Below are positions 23,996-32,000 of a stretch of DNA of 32,000 nt, one piece after another. A program made the position numbers and the translations under genes. This DNA comes from Aquifex aeolicus VF5 (GTDB lineage: Bacteria > Aquificota > Aquificia > Aquificales > Aquificaceae). The stretch covers positions 780,001 to 812,000 of the forward strand of contig NC_000918.1 in the NCBI RefSeq assembly GCF_000008625.1. The letters are read 5' to 3'. The notes beneath the pieces are model-generated. The model was not told the origin of the DNA. It worked only from the letters and a program-made list of their open reading frames with translations, and ran no database searches. The first letter of the stretch is position 1. Every line of letters starts with the position of its first letter.

Positions 23996-25384
23996 TTAAA
24001 AGGAGGAAAGCTTTATGTCCGTTATAAAGGCGTAATCTCCTCCGTCAATATCTCCAGCGTACAGTTTTATGTAAACATATCTCTTCAGACGTTTGAAGGT
24101 TATCGGTGAAAATTCCCTTTCACCCAGTAACTTTCCATCCATAAAAACGGATACTGTATTTCCCTTCTTCACTACGTGAACCGTGTGTACCTTACCCTCC
24201 ATATCCTTATCCTTTAACCTTTGACCTCCCAAGTAGGTTTCATTCCTGACGTGTTTTACGTTTACTGCGGAGGTTTCCCGACCGATGGAAACTTCAACGG
24301 CTACCGCATACATTCCTTTCCCCTGTTTTTTATAGAACGTGTACTCAAGAGTCCAGTCCTTCTCGGGATTGAAGTTATTGACGTACTTGCGAAGAACTGC
24401 CCCACCTCCTACGTCGGCTACCCACTTCTTGCCGTTCATTTCCACGCATTCAACACTTCCCTTAAGGATTTTGAGAGAGGTAGGTTTTACCCTGCACGTG
24501 CTGAAGTCTTCTTCCCACAGGATTTTATCCCCGTGAACAGGAGTTCTGGAAGGTCTCTTAATTATCCCGGCTGTCTGTTCTTGTTTTGCTTCTGTTTTTT
24601 CCTCACTTACGCTCCCCTTCTCGGGAGGGAGGTCCCTCACCTGAGCGACTATTAACTTAACTGCATGGTATATGAGGTCTCTCGTTGCTTCTTCCATAGG
24701 TGTATTTTTAAAAGCTTCAAACCATCCGCCCGCTATAGTTGTACCGAATATTCCACCGCCTCCTACTCCGAACTTCCACCTATCGGACTTACCTTCTACC
24801 GTCTCGGCGAGTAAAACTTCCGCATCTCTTACGCGTACAAGTCTAAGGTCTAGGGCTATGTGAGCACTGCTCTTGCCAGCCTTTACACCTACTCCGCCTA
24901 AGAACGGCAACGGTACAACAACACCTCCCCCGCCCATTCCTGAGGCTTTCATCTCCAGAGCAGTTATAGAACCTGTGAGCAGGAAGTCTGCACCTTTTAA
25001 TGCCTTTTTAGGCTGTACACCCAGCATTTCGAGTTCTTCCTTTATTTCCTGCAGGGTCTCTCTCTCAAGAACCCTGAAACACCCTGTTTTCACGAGGGCG
25101 GTAACCAGCATATCAGAGAGACCATCACCAAGAACTTTCGGAGAAACTTCAACGGTGTAGTTCGGACCAAAAACTATCCTATCTCCCGCACACTGTGCCG
25201 CTTTACACTTAAAGCCTCTTGCGACTATCGTACCTATCGGTCTGTCACACTTCGGGAGTTCTGGTTCCCTTTGCCTGATGTCTTTTGCGTATTCGCCCTG
25301 CGTGGTTTGAGTGGAAGCCTGTTGAGCTACTGGTCCGCAACTGAAAATTAAAAAAATCACTGAAATGACTAGAAGAGGGAACAT
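23996..25384 (-). CDS. CsgG-family (COG1462) outer-membrane lipoprotein with an additional C-terminal domain of about 175 aa
   Basis: GGGGAGGTGAATT lies upstream of the ATG. The signal and lipobox-like sequence is VIFLIFSCG. The CsgG core is LSDMLVTALVKTGCFRVLERETLQEIKEE...FLLTGSITA...IALDLRLVRV. Residues about 285-462 form an extra, predicted beta-rich domain. Confidence 0.75.
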   Translation of the reverse strand: MFPLLVISVIFLIFSCGPVAQQASTQTTQGEYAKDIRQREPELPKCDRPIGTIVARGFKCKAAQCAGDRIVFGPNYTVEVSPKVLGDGLSDMLVTALVKTGCFRVLERETLQEIKEELEMLGVQPKKALKGADFLLTGSITALEMKASGMGGGGVVVPLPFLGGVGVKAGKSSAHIALDLRLVRVRDAEVLLAETVEGKSDRWKFGVGGGGIFGTTIAGGWFEAFKNTPMEEATRDLIYHAVKLIVAQVRDLPPEKGSVSEEKTEAKQEQTAGIIKRPSRTPVHGDKILWEEDFSTCRVKPTSLKILKGSVECVEMNGKKWVADVGGGAVLRKYVNNFNPEKDWTLEYTFYKKQGKGMYAVAVEVSIGRETSAVNVKHVRNETYLGGQRLKDKDMEGKVHTVHVVKKGNTVSVFMDGKLLGEREFSPITFKRLKRYVYIKLYAGDIDGGDYAFITDIKLSSF

Positions 25385-25449
25385 AATTCACCTCCCCTAT
25401 GTTTGTTATCTTTTAAAAATACTTAAAAGAGTGAAAAAAACAATGAGGG

Positions 25450-25758
25450 TTAAGCGGAGACCTGAGCCTCTAAGTTATCCAATATTTCTACAACTTTTCT
25501 TGCTGCATTTTTGAGTTCTTCGGGGTTTGAAAACTCCCTGAACTCCCTAACCATAATCGCGAGGTTGCTAAAGAGTTCTTCCTTCAAAGGTCCGTTTCCA
25601 AACTTTATCCTGTAAGTTGCGTTTCTTATTGGTTCTTTAATTTCTTCCACTAGCTCCATGAGCTCAGTTTCGTTCTGAGCGTTAGCCATGGACTCTATCT
25701 GTTCCTTGAACTTCTTAAGTAGTTCATAACCTATTTTGAAGTCCGCGTCCATTTGCAT
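25450..25758 (-). CDS. Hypothetical small acidic protein, predicted all-helical
   Basis: A 102-aa ORF, co-directional and 26 bp downstream of the GGDEF-EAL gene. GGAGGTCGGTGA-like purines lie upstream. I recognise no family. Confidence 0.5.
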   Translation of the reverse strand: MQMDADFKIGYELLKKFKEQIESMANAQNETELMELVEEIKEPIRNATYRIKFGNGPLKEELFSNLAIMVREFREFSNPEELKNAARKVVEILDNLEAQVSA

Positions 25759-25784
25759 TCACCGACCTCCTGAGGATTTTGTAA

Positions 25785-28229
25785 TTATTTTAACCCGTTG
25801 AACTTCCTGAAGAACTCCTCGAATTCCTCAGGAGGCAATGGAGGAGAGTAGTAATACCCCTGTGCGTAATCGCAACTGAGTTCCATGAGCATCTTCTCGT
25901 GAATTTCCTTTTCCACACCCTCGGCAACTGTCTTCAGTCCCAAGGAGTGGGCGAGGTTTATAACTCCCTTTACTATCTCGTAATCCCTTTCGTTCACGTC
26001 CATGTCTTTAACAAACTCAACATCTATCTTCAGGGCTGAAACGGGTAGCTGTTTTAAGTGGAGTATAGATGAGTAACCCGTCCCGAAATCATCTATGTAA
26101 ACCCTTATACCCAGTTCTGATAGGGATTTTAAAAATAGCGTTGCAACCGAAACGTTTTCCACCAGAGCTGTTTCCGTAACTTCCACACCCAAGTAGTAAA
26201 GGAGTTCTGTGTAACCCTCAAGATCCTTCAAGAAACTCTGTAAGAACTCACCGGAGCGAAATTGCGCCGGGGATATGTTTATGGCTATTTCAATCTCTAT
26301 TCCCTTTTTATGCCATTCTTTTAACTGCCTGCAGGCTTTTTCAAGAACGATTAGCCCCACCTCGTTCATGAGTCCTGTTTCTTCCAGCAGTGGTATGAAT
26401 TCGTAAGGAGGTACGAGTTTATCTCCCTTTTTCCAGCGAATGAGTGCCTCGCATCCCACTATTTTTTTCTCTTTTAAATCTATTTTGGGCTGGTAAAACA
26501 GGATAAATTCATCTTTTTTAATGGCTTCGAGTAGTTCCTTTTTCTTCGTAATGATTTCTTCTATTTTCGGAAATTCTTTACTGCTGTAGTAAACGACTCT
26601 ATTACCTCCGAGTTTTTTGGCTTCAAACATAGCCTGAAGAGCATAACCGAGGAGTTTTTCGGCTTCGTTCCCGTCGTCCGGAAATACGGAAATACCTATG
26701 GAAAAAGTCACCTGGATTTCCTTGCCGTTTACTATGACGGGTTTACTGAAAAGTTTATTCAGCCTTGCGAGAAAGCTGTTTACCGCAACGGGAACATCTG
26801 CACACGTCAGGGCAACTCCGAAGGTATCTGCTCCAAGTCTTGCGAGTATGTCGCCTATCCGAACGCTGTCCCTTAGGCTGTCCGCAACCTCTATGAGGAC
26901 TTTATCCCCGACCTCCGTGCCGTAGAGCGTATTTATGGCTGTAAAGTTGTCTATATCCAGAACTACTACAACGACCTTTTTCCTCTCCTGAGCGGCTATA
27001 CTTAGCCTGTCCGAAAGGGCTTTGACGAAGAAGATACGAGTGGGCAACCTCGTGAGTTTGTCAAAGAACTCTATTTTTTCAAGTTTTTCGTGAGCGGTAA
27101 TGGCGTCTATTGCGGTACTTAATTCCTCAAGGAAGTTTATAATTAACTGAACTTCTGCGGGATAAAATTCCTCTTCCTTTGAAAGGGTTAAGTAGTATTT
27201 TTCCTTGCTTTTCAGCTTAAAGCAAACTGAATACTCTCCCATCTTCCCTTTCTTGATTATTGTGTGCCCGTCTAAGGTTATTTCCGCGTAAGTGAAGTTC
27301 TCTTCATCCACGAGAAAGTCTGCTATCTTTCTAAATATTTCTTCCTTTTCCGTTTCCTCAAAGATTATTTTTATAAGATGTGTAAATAGCGAGTAAAGTC
27401 TGCTTATCCTCTGCCTTTCTCTTTCTTTTTTAACTTCTTCCGAAACATCCCTCAGGTCTATTATGAAAAAGGTTTCCCCGTTTACGCTCAGCGTCTGGTA
27501 GGAGACTTCAAAGGGTTTTAGTATCGCCAGCTTTGGATTTCCCAAGTAAACGACTTCGGGAAGTGTTCCGCTTCCTTTCATTTTACACAGTTCACACAGG
27601 AGTCTGTAAACTCCCCTGTAACGTTCGGGAAGGAGTTCAGTGAAAGGCTTTCCTACGACCTCTTCCCTTTTGAATTTTAGTTTTTCCTCCCCGGTTTTGT
27701 TTATAAAGTTTATCTTGAAATTACTGTCAAGAACGACAACTACATCGGGAAGGTTATCGAGGAGTAGTCTTAACGTTTCCGTTCCCTTCTTTCTCATTTG
27801 ATCTATAAGCAGGGATATGTGTATTAAGGTGATTTTGGCTAAAGATAGGCATATCTCGTTTAACTGCTCTGGGGAAAATTTATCTTTCAGTTTTTCCCTT
27901 ATGAGTTCAAAGAGTTTCCCGTGTTCAGCCACGACTTCTTCTGGAGTTACGTTAAATTTTGAAATAAAATTTGCGAGTTCTTCCCTTTCTTTTAGTCCTT
28001 CTTTTAAGTCTATTAATCCCCTTAAGTGTTTATAAACTACTTCCTCTACTTCTTTCTCTTTTCCCTTAAAATCTCTGTAACTTTTTAAGTACTCCGCAAA
28101 CCGCCGGGCAACTTCTTTTAATTCCTCGTCTTTTAAAACTTGTCTTATAAGCTCTACGTGTTCTACATCTTTCTCAATAAAGTCCGCAAGCTTTCTTAAA
28201 GAATTTAAGTCGTAGTTTCTCCCCTCCAC
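25785..28229 (-). CDS. Multidomain c-di-GMP protein: helical N-domain, PAS, GAF-like region, degenerate GGDEF (GADTF), intact EAL
   Basis: The PAS-like region is LLLDNLPDVVVVLDSNFKINFINKTGEE. The GGDEF domain keeps the I-site RIGD but its A-site reads GADTF (26820-26834). The EAL domain has EALIRW, DDFGTGYSS, EGVE and QGYYYS. Confidence 0.9.
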   Translation of the reverse strand: MEGRNYDLNSLRKLADFIEKDVEHVELIRQVLKDEELKEVARRFAEYLKSYRDFKGKEKEVEEVVYKHLRGLIDLKEGLKEREELANFISKFNVTPEEVVAEHGKLFELIREKLKDKFSPEQLNEICLSLAKITLIHISLLIDQMRKKGTETLRLLLDNLPDVVVVLDSNFKINFINKTGEEKLKFKREEVVGKPFTELLPERYRGVYRLLCELCKMKGSGTLPEVVYLGNPKLAILKPFEVSYQTLSVNGETFFIIDLRDVSEEVKKERERQRISRLYSLFTHLIKIIFEETEKEEIFRKIADFLVDEENFTYAEITLDGHTIIKKGKMGEYSVCFKLKSKEKYYLTLSKEEEFYPAEVQLIINFLEELSTAIDAITAHEKLEKIEFFDKLTRLPTRIFFVKALSDRLSIAAQERKKVVVVVLDIDNFTAINTLYGTEVGDKVLIEVADSLRDSVRIGDILARLGADTFGVALTCADVPVAVNSFLARLNKLFSKPVIVNGKEIQVTFSIGISVFPDDGNEAEKLLGYALQAMFEAKKLGGNRVVYYSSKEFPKIEEIITKKKELLEAIKKDEFILFYQPKIDLKEKKIVGCEALIRWKKGDKLVPPYEFIPLLEETGLMNEVGLIVLEKACRQLKEWHKKGIEIEIAINISPAQFRSGEFLQSFLKDLEGYTELLYYLGVEVTETALVENVSVATLFLKSLSELGIRVYIDDFGTGYSSILHLKQLPVSALKIDVEFVKDMDVNERDYEIVKGVINLAHSLGLKTVAEGVEKEIHEKMLMELSCDYAQGYYYSPPLPPEEFEEFFRKFNGLK

Positions 28230-28277
28230 ATCTTTAATTCTAAACTCTGTATTCGTAATTTTCCGTATAAGTTTCTA

Positions 28278-29525
28278 CTACTCTTTATTTTTCCCGTTTA
28301 TAGTTTCAAATTCCTCCATTTCCTCTATGAACTCCTCATGGAGTGCCCTCACGGCGAGCTCCGCGTACTTTTCGTCTATGAGACAGGATATCTTTATTTC
28401 GGATGTGGATATAGCCTTTATGTTTATACCGTTTCTGGCGAGTATGTCGAACATCCTTCCCGCCACGCCGTAAGCGCTCTTCATCCCTATGCCAACTATA
28501 GAGATTTTCGCTACTTTGTCGTCCCTTACAACTTCCTTTGCCCCTATCTTCTGGGCTATCTTCTTGACTATCTCTTCTGCCTTGTCCGCGTCCGTTTTGT
28601 TAACCGTGAAGGACATATCCGTGTAACCTTCGTGGGACACGTTCTGGACAATCATGTCAACCACTATGTGGGCATCTCCGAGAGCTTTGAAAATTTCGGC
28701 GGCTATTCCCGGCTTGTCGGGAACCCTTACAACGGTAAACCTCGTTTCTTTTGTGTCAACGGTAATTCCCCTTACAGCTACCTTTTCCATGACTTCATCC
28801 TCCGGAACTATCCAAGTCCCCTCCTCCTCCGAGAAGGTACTCCTCACGTGTATCCTGACGTTGTACTTCGCAGCAAACTCAACGCTCCTTATCTGCATAA
28901 CCTTAGCACCAAGGGATGCGAGCTCCAGCATTTCTTCATAAGAAATTTTCTTTATCTTCTTTGCGTTCGGGACTATCCTCGGGTCTGCGGTAAATACGCC
29001 AGGAACGTCCGTGTTTATCTCACAGTCCGCTTTAAGGGCTGCGGCGAGGGCTACCGCTGTCGTGTCGGAACCACCTCTCCCTAAGGTCGTTATTTCCCAG
29101 TCTTCCGTCACTCCCTGAAATCCGGCAACGACGGGAATGTATCCTTCCTCTATTAAGCTGAGAAGTCTGCTTATACCTATCTTTCTGATTCTTGCCTTTG
29201 TGTGAACGTTGTCCGTTATTATGGGAACCTGCCAGCCGCACAGGCTAACCGCGGGGTATCCGAGTTTATTTAAAGTCATAGCAAAGAGGGCTATAGCCTT
29301 TTGTTCTCCCACTGCAAGGAGTGTGTCCATCTCCCTTTCCGGGGGTCTTGGGTGTACTTTTTTGGCGAGTTCTATTAAAGAGTCAGTCTCTCCAGCCATT
29401 GCGGAAGAAACAACAACGGGTTTGTAGCCCTTTTCAAGGGCTTTTATTACTCTCTTTGCACAAAGTTCTATCCTCTCTAGGGTTCCCACGGAGGTTCCGC
29501 CGAACTTCTGAACGAGTATTTTCAT
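28278..29525 (-). CDS. lysC: Aspartate kinase with two C-terminal ACT domains
   Basis: Motifs are [17 protein letters not shown] and GRGGSDTTA, and the ACT repeats contain IVGIGM. The protein is 415 aa. Confidence 0.95.
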
Positions 29526-29560
29526 CGGAAAGTAATATTTTACCTTAAAATTTATTAATT

Positions 29561-30691
29561 ATGTACAACCTCAGAATGGCTGAATCCGTAACGGAAGGCC
29601 ACCCGGACAAAATAGCGGATCAACTCGCTGATGCACTCCTTGACGAGTTCATAAAGAAGGATCCTTACAGCAAAGTCTCCTTAGAGATTATGGTAACCAC
29701 AGGACTCGTTATGGTAGGAGGGGAGCTCACCACGGAAAGCTACGTGGACATCCCAAGAGTTGTGAGAAGCGTTATTAAGGATATCGGATACACGAGACCC
29801 GAACTCGGTTTTGATGCGGACACCTGCGCTGTAGTTCAGTCCATAGACGAGCAGAGTCCCGAAATTGCTTTAGGTATTTCCTCGGAGGGTGCGGGAGACA
29901 CCGCGATAGTTGTGGGCTACGCCACGAAGGAAGCTCCTAACCTCATGCCCTGGCCCATAACAATAGCCCACAAGATCACAAAGAGGATATCCGAGTACAG
30001 GAAGATAGGAAAGTTTCCCTTCCTGAGGCCAGACGGAAAGGTTCTCGTGGCTATGATTTACGAGGACGGGAAGCCCTCTTACGTTCAGAGCATAGTTGCC
30101 TACGTCCACCACGACCCCGACGTTTCCATAAATCACCTGAGGGAACTAATAATTGAAGAAATTATTAAAAAGGAAATTCCTGAGGAGTTCTTGACGGAAA
30201 AAACGAGCATAAAGGTAAACCCCACAGGCAGGTTCGTAATTGGTGGACCCGTTGCGGACACGGGACTCACAGGAAGGAAGATAGTTTCCGACGCATACGG
30301 AGATATAGGACTCTCCGGCGGTAGTGCCTTTTCAGGCAAGGACCCGACGAAGACAGATCGTTCAGGTTCTTACCTTGCGAGGATGATAGCGAAACACGTT
30401 GTTGCCGGTGGATGGGCAGAGAGGTGTTTGGTTCAGATAGGGTACGCCTTCGGACTTACCGAACCCGTTGCTTTTGACATAGAAACCTTCGGAACGGAGA
30501 AGATAAGCAAAGAAATACTGGAAGACGCTGTAAAGAAGGTATTTCCATTAAGACCAGCGGAAATAATAGAGTTCCTTGACCTCAGGAAACCCATATACAG
30601 GCAAACATCCGTTTACGGACACTTCGGAAAGGAAAACCTCCCATGGGAAAAGTTAACGAAGCTTGAGGAGCTGAAGGAGTTACTCGATTAA
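29561..30691 (+). CDS. metK: S-adenosylmethionine synthetase (the start could instead be the ATG at 29576)
   Basis: Motifs are ESVTEGHPDKIADQ, GAGDTAI, GGPVADTGLTGRKI and GGSAFSGKDPTKTDRSGSY. Confidence 0.95.
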   Translation: MYNLRMAESVTEGHPDKIADQLADALLDEFIKKDPYSKVSLEIMVTTGLVMVGGELTTESYVDIPRVVRSVIKDIGYTRPELGFDADTCAVVQSIDEQSPEIALGISSEGAGDTAIVVGYATKEAPNLMPWPITIAHKITKRISEYRKIGKFPFLRPDGKVLVAMIYEDGKPSYVQSIVAYVHHDPDVSINHLRELIIEEIIKKEIPEEFLTEKTSIKVNPTGRFVIGGPVADTGLTGRKIVSDAYGDIGLSGGSAFSGKDPTKTDRSGSYLARMIAKHVVAGGWAERCLVQIGYAFGLTEPVAFDIETFGTEKISKEILEDAVKKVFPLRPAEIIEFLDLRKPIYRQTSVYGHFGKENLPWEKLTKLEELKELLD

Positions 30692-31831
30692 ATCAAGAAA
30701 TTCTCTTATTTTCATTACCACGTAATCCTTCGGAGTTGTGTAAACCTTAACTATTTCATCTTCCACGAGGAGTACTTCCTTAAAACCCTTATCAAAGGCG
30801 TAAATCAGGGAATGCTCCAGTCCCCTTTCCTTTACTATTTCCATTCCTACTTTTTTTCCCTTTTCCCTTAGGACATCCGCAAGCTTCAGCCCTAGACGCT
30901 TTTTCGTTTTGTCTATCACGAAGTAATCCTTCTTTTCCACGTTTTTGGGAAGTATGTCAAGGAGTCTCTCCAAGTAAACAGCTCCGCCGGTTGCCGGGTA
31001 TTCCTTTCCGTAAATCTTTGATAGGTTATCGTACCTTCCTCCTCCCGCTAACGCCTTTCCGCTCTTCAGTTCGTAAATTTCAAAGATAACTCCCGTGTAG
31101 TAAGGGAAGTTCCTTACCTCTCCGAGGTCGTAGGCGTAATCTATGCCGAACTCCTCAAGCAGTTTCCCGAGCTCTAGGAGTTCTTCTTTTTCTTTTTCAA
31201 GATCGTACTTTTCCAGAAAGTTTAGAACCTCTGGATTTTTAGAAACTTCCACGAAGAACTTTATGTCGTTTCCGAGAACTTCCTTTAAAGCTTCCAAGTT
31301 CCTTTCTGAAAAGGCCCTCAGGAGTTCTTCCCTTTCATCGGCTACCTTTCTCACTATTCCCGCGTGGCTGAGTATCACTTTTAAGTCTTTAAGTCCCAAA
31401 GATTTCAAGAACTCGGTGAGTACCTGAATTACCTCAAAATCCGCGAGTATACTTTTTTCACCAATAAGCTCAACGCCGGTCTGGAGCTTCTCAAACCCCC
31501 TCCTGTCCAAGGAAAAAACTTTGCCGAAGTAGTAAACTCTCTCGGGGAGTTTTACGTTCCTGAGGTGGGATATAGTCCTCACCACCTGTGTGGTAAAGTC
31601 GAGCCTGAGACCGAAACTTTCCTTCGTGTAGCTGTCCTTGAAGGTTATCGCTTCCTTTGAACCTTCCCCAAAAGTGAGTTCCTGAAATTCGTAAGGTTCA
31701 AAGTGAGAAAGGTTTATGTAATCGTATCCGAAAGCTTCAAAAATTTTTACTGCTTTTTTGAATATCTCTTTCACGAGGTTGGATTCCTCTAAGCTGTAAA
31801 ATCTTTCTCCGGAAATCAGGGATGTTTTCAT
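30680..31831 (-). CDS. hisZ: ATP phosphoribosyltransferase regulatory subunit (HisRS paralogue HisZ)
   Basis: The fold is class-II aaRS-like with GGGRYDNL. The HisRS motif-2 region is replaced by KVFSLDRRGFEKLQTGVELIG, which lacks the RPQxGR signature, as in HisZ. The protein is 383 aa. Confidence 0.7.
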   Translation of the reverse strand: MKTSLISGERFYSLEESNLVKEIFKKAVKIFEAFGYDYINLSHFEPYEFQELTFGEGSKEAITFKDSYTKESFGLRLDFTTQVVRTISHLRNVKLPERVYYFGKVFSLDRRGFEKLQTGVELIGEKSILADFEVIQVLTEFLKSLGLKDLKVILSHAGIVRKVADEREELLRAFSERNLEALKEVLGNDIKFFVEVSKNPEVLNFLEKYDLEKEKEELLELGKLLEEFGIDYAYDLGEVRNFPYYTGVIFEIYELKSGKALAGGGRYDNLSKIYGKEYPATGGAVYLERLLDILPKNVEKKDYFVIDKTKKRLGLKLADVLREKGKKVGMEIVKERGLEHSLIYAFDKGFKEVLLVEDEIVKVYTTPKDYVVMKIREFLDLIE

Positions 31832-32000
31832 AGAGAAAATTTTAGCCTCCTGTGGATTGCCAGATACGGGGGCGTCCTGAAGTGGGGTTTCCTCCTGACG
31901 AAGTAGTAGCGCGCTATGTGATAACTCGTGTCAAAGCCGTAAAAGTTGAGTTTCATCTTTTCGAGTTCGTGCTCCCTGCACTTTTGTATTTCCTCGAGCC
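31828..32000 (-). CDS. C-terminal fragment of an unidentified protein; the 5' end lies outside the window
   Basis: An open minus-strand frame reads ...LEEIQKCREHELEKMKLNFYGFDTSYHIARYYFVRRKPHFRTPPYLAIHRRLKFSL*. Its TGA overlaps the hisZ ATG (ATGA). I recognise no family. Confidence 0.4.
   Translation of the reverse strand, partial: LEEIQKCREHELEKMKLNFYGFDTSYHIARYYFVRRKPHFRTPPYLAIHRRLKFSL

Noticed and set aside
28338-29084. Long antisense ORFs inside conserved genes: 248 aa opposite lysC, 255 aa at 10874-11641 opposite mcoA/cusB, 178 aa at 22888-23424 opposite the ADH, 148 aa at 5941-6387 opposite cusA, and others in the track.
   Set aside because: They have no SDs, unusual composition (Tyr/Phe/Arg/Ser-rich or low complexity) and no recognisable motifs, and they lie fully within well-supported genes on the other strand. 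They are typical shadow ORFs of purine-rich coding strands.
30680-31831. Calling this gene histidyl-tRNA synthetase (hisS).
   Set aside because: The motif-2 region lacks the conserved RPQxGR-type residues of catalytic HisRS, and the protein is short. That pattern fits the HisZ regulatory paralogue, although only an alignment can settle the point.
1-32000. A search for tRNA/rRNA genes, CRISPR repeats, riboswitches upstream of metK/lysC, and intrinsic terminators.
   Set aside because: Apart from 1468-1583, which the promoter occupies, every non-coding gap is 68 bp or shorter. That is too short for a tRNA, a SAM or lysine riboswitch, or a repeat array. I saw no periodic direct repeats or GC-stem plus T-tract hairpins by eye. 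A computational scan (tRNAscan, Infernal, TransTermHP) would be needed to be certain.

Overview
This window looks like a very compact chromosomal segment from an Aquifex-type hyperthermophile. From memory, the 439-aa sigma54 activator matches Aquifex aeolicus NtrC1 and the 527-aa Tat-lipoprotein multicopper oxidase matches McoA. I could not run a search to confirm either match. I call about 29 protein-coding genes. Most gene junctions are under 70 bp, and several are ATGA overlaps or convergent 3' overlaps. I found no rRNA, tRNA, CRISPR array, IS element or convincing intrinsic terminator.

Layout:
(1) 1-3.6 kb: a histidine-kinase tail and ntrC1. These are followed by a consensus sigma54 -24/-12 promoter with an upstream TGGCAAA palindrome. 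The promoter precedes a Tat-exported DsrE-family protein and an OprO/P-like porin gene broken by at least four frame disruptions.
(2) 3.7-13.7 kb, minus strand: a seven-gene copper/silver resistance operon. The order is cusC-cusB-mcoA-copG-like-(Met-rich secreted protein)-copB-type ATPase-cusA, so cusA is separated from cusCB by four other copper genes.
(3) 13.8-21.8 kb: housekeeping genes of unrelated function packed head to tail (proB, Xer-like recombinase, rpiB, SEDS ftsW/rodA, argG, dapA). This stretch also holds a convergent, overlapping pair made of a glycosyltransferase-like gene and a GH130-like gene.
(4) 21.8-29.5 kb, minus strand: lysC, then a PAS-GGDEF(degenerate)-EAL protein, a small helical protein, a CsgG-like lipoprotein with an extra C-terminal domain, an Fe-ADH and pabB.
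(5) 29.5-32 kb: metK, hisZ and a partial ORF.

Nothing here is clearly a brand-new system. The best leads are:
- the candidate NtrC1 target promoter and its periplasmic DsrE-like/porin cargo;
- the roughly 30% methionine secreted protein inside the copper operon;
- the orphan CsgG-like channel fused to an unknown domain, located next to a c-di-GMP protein.
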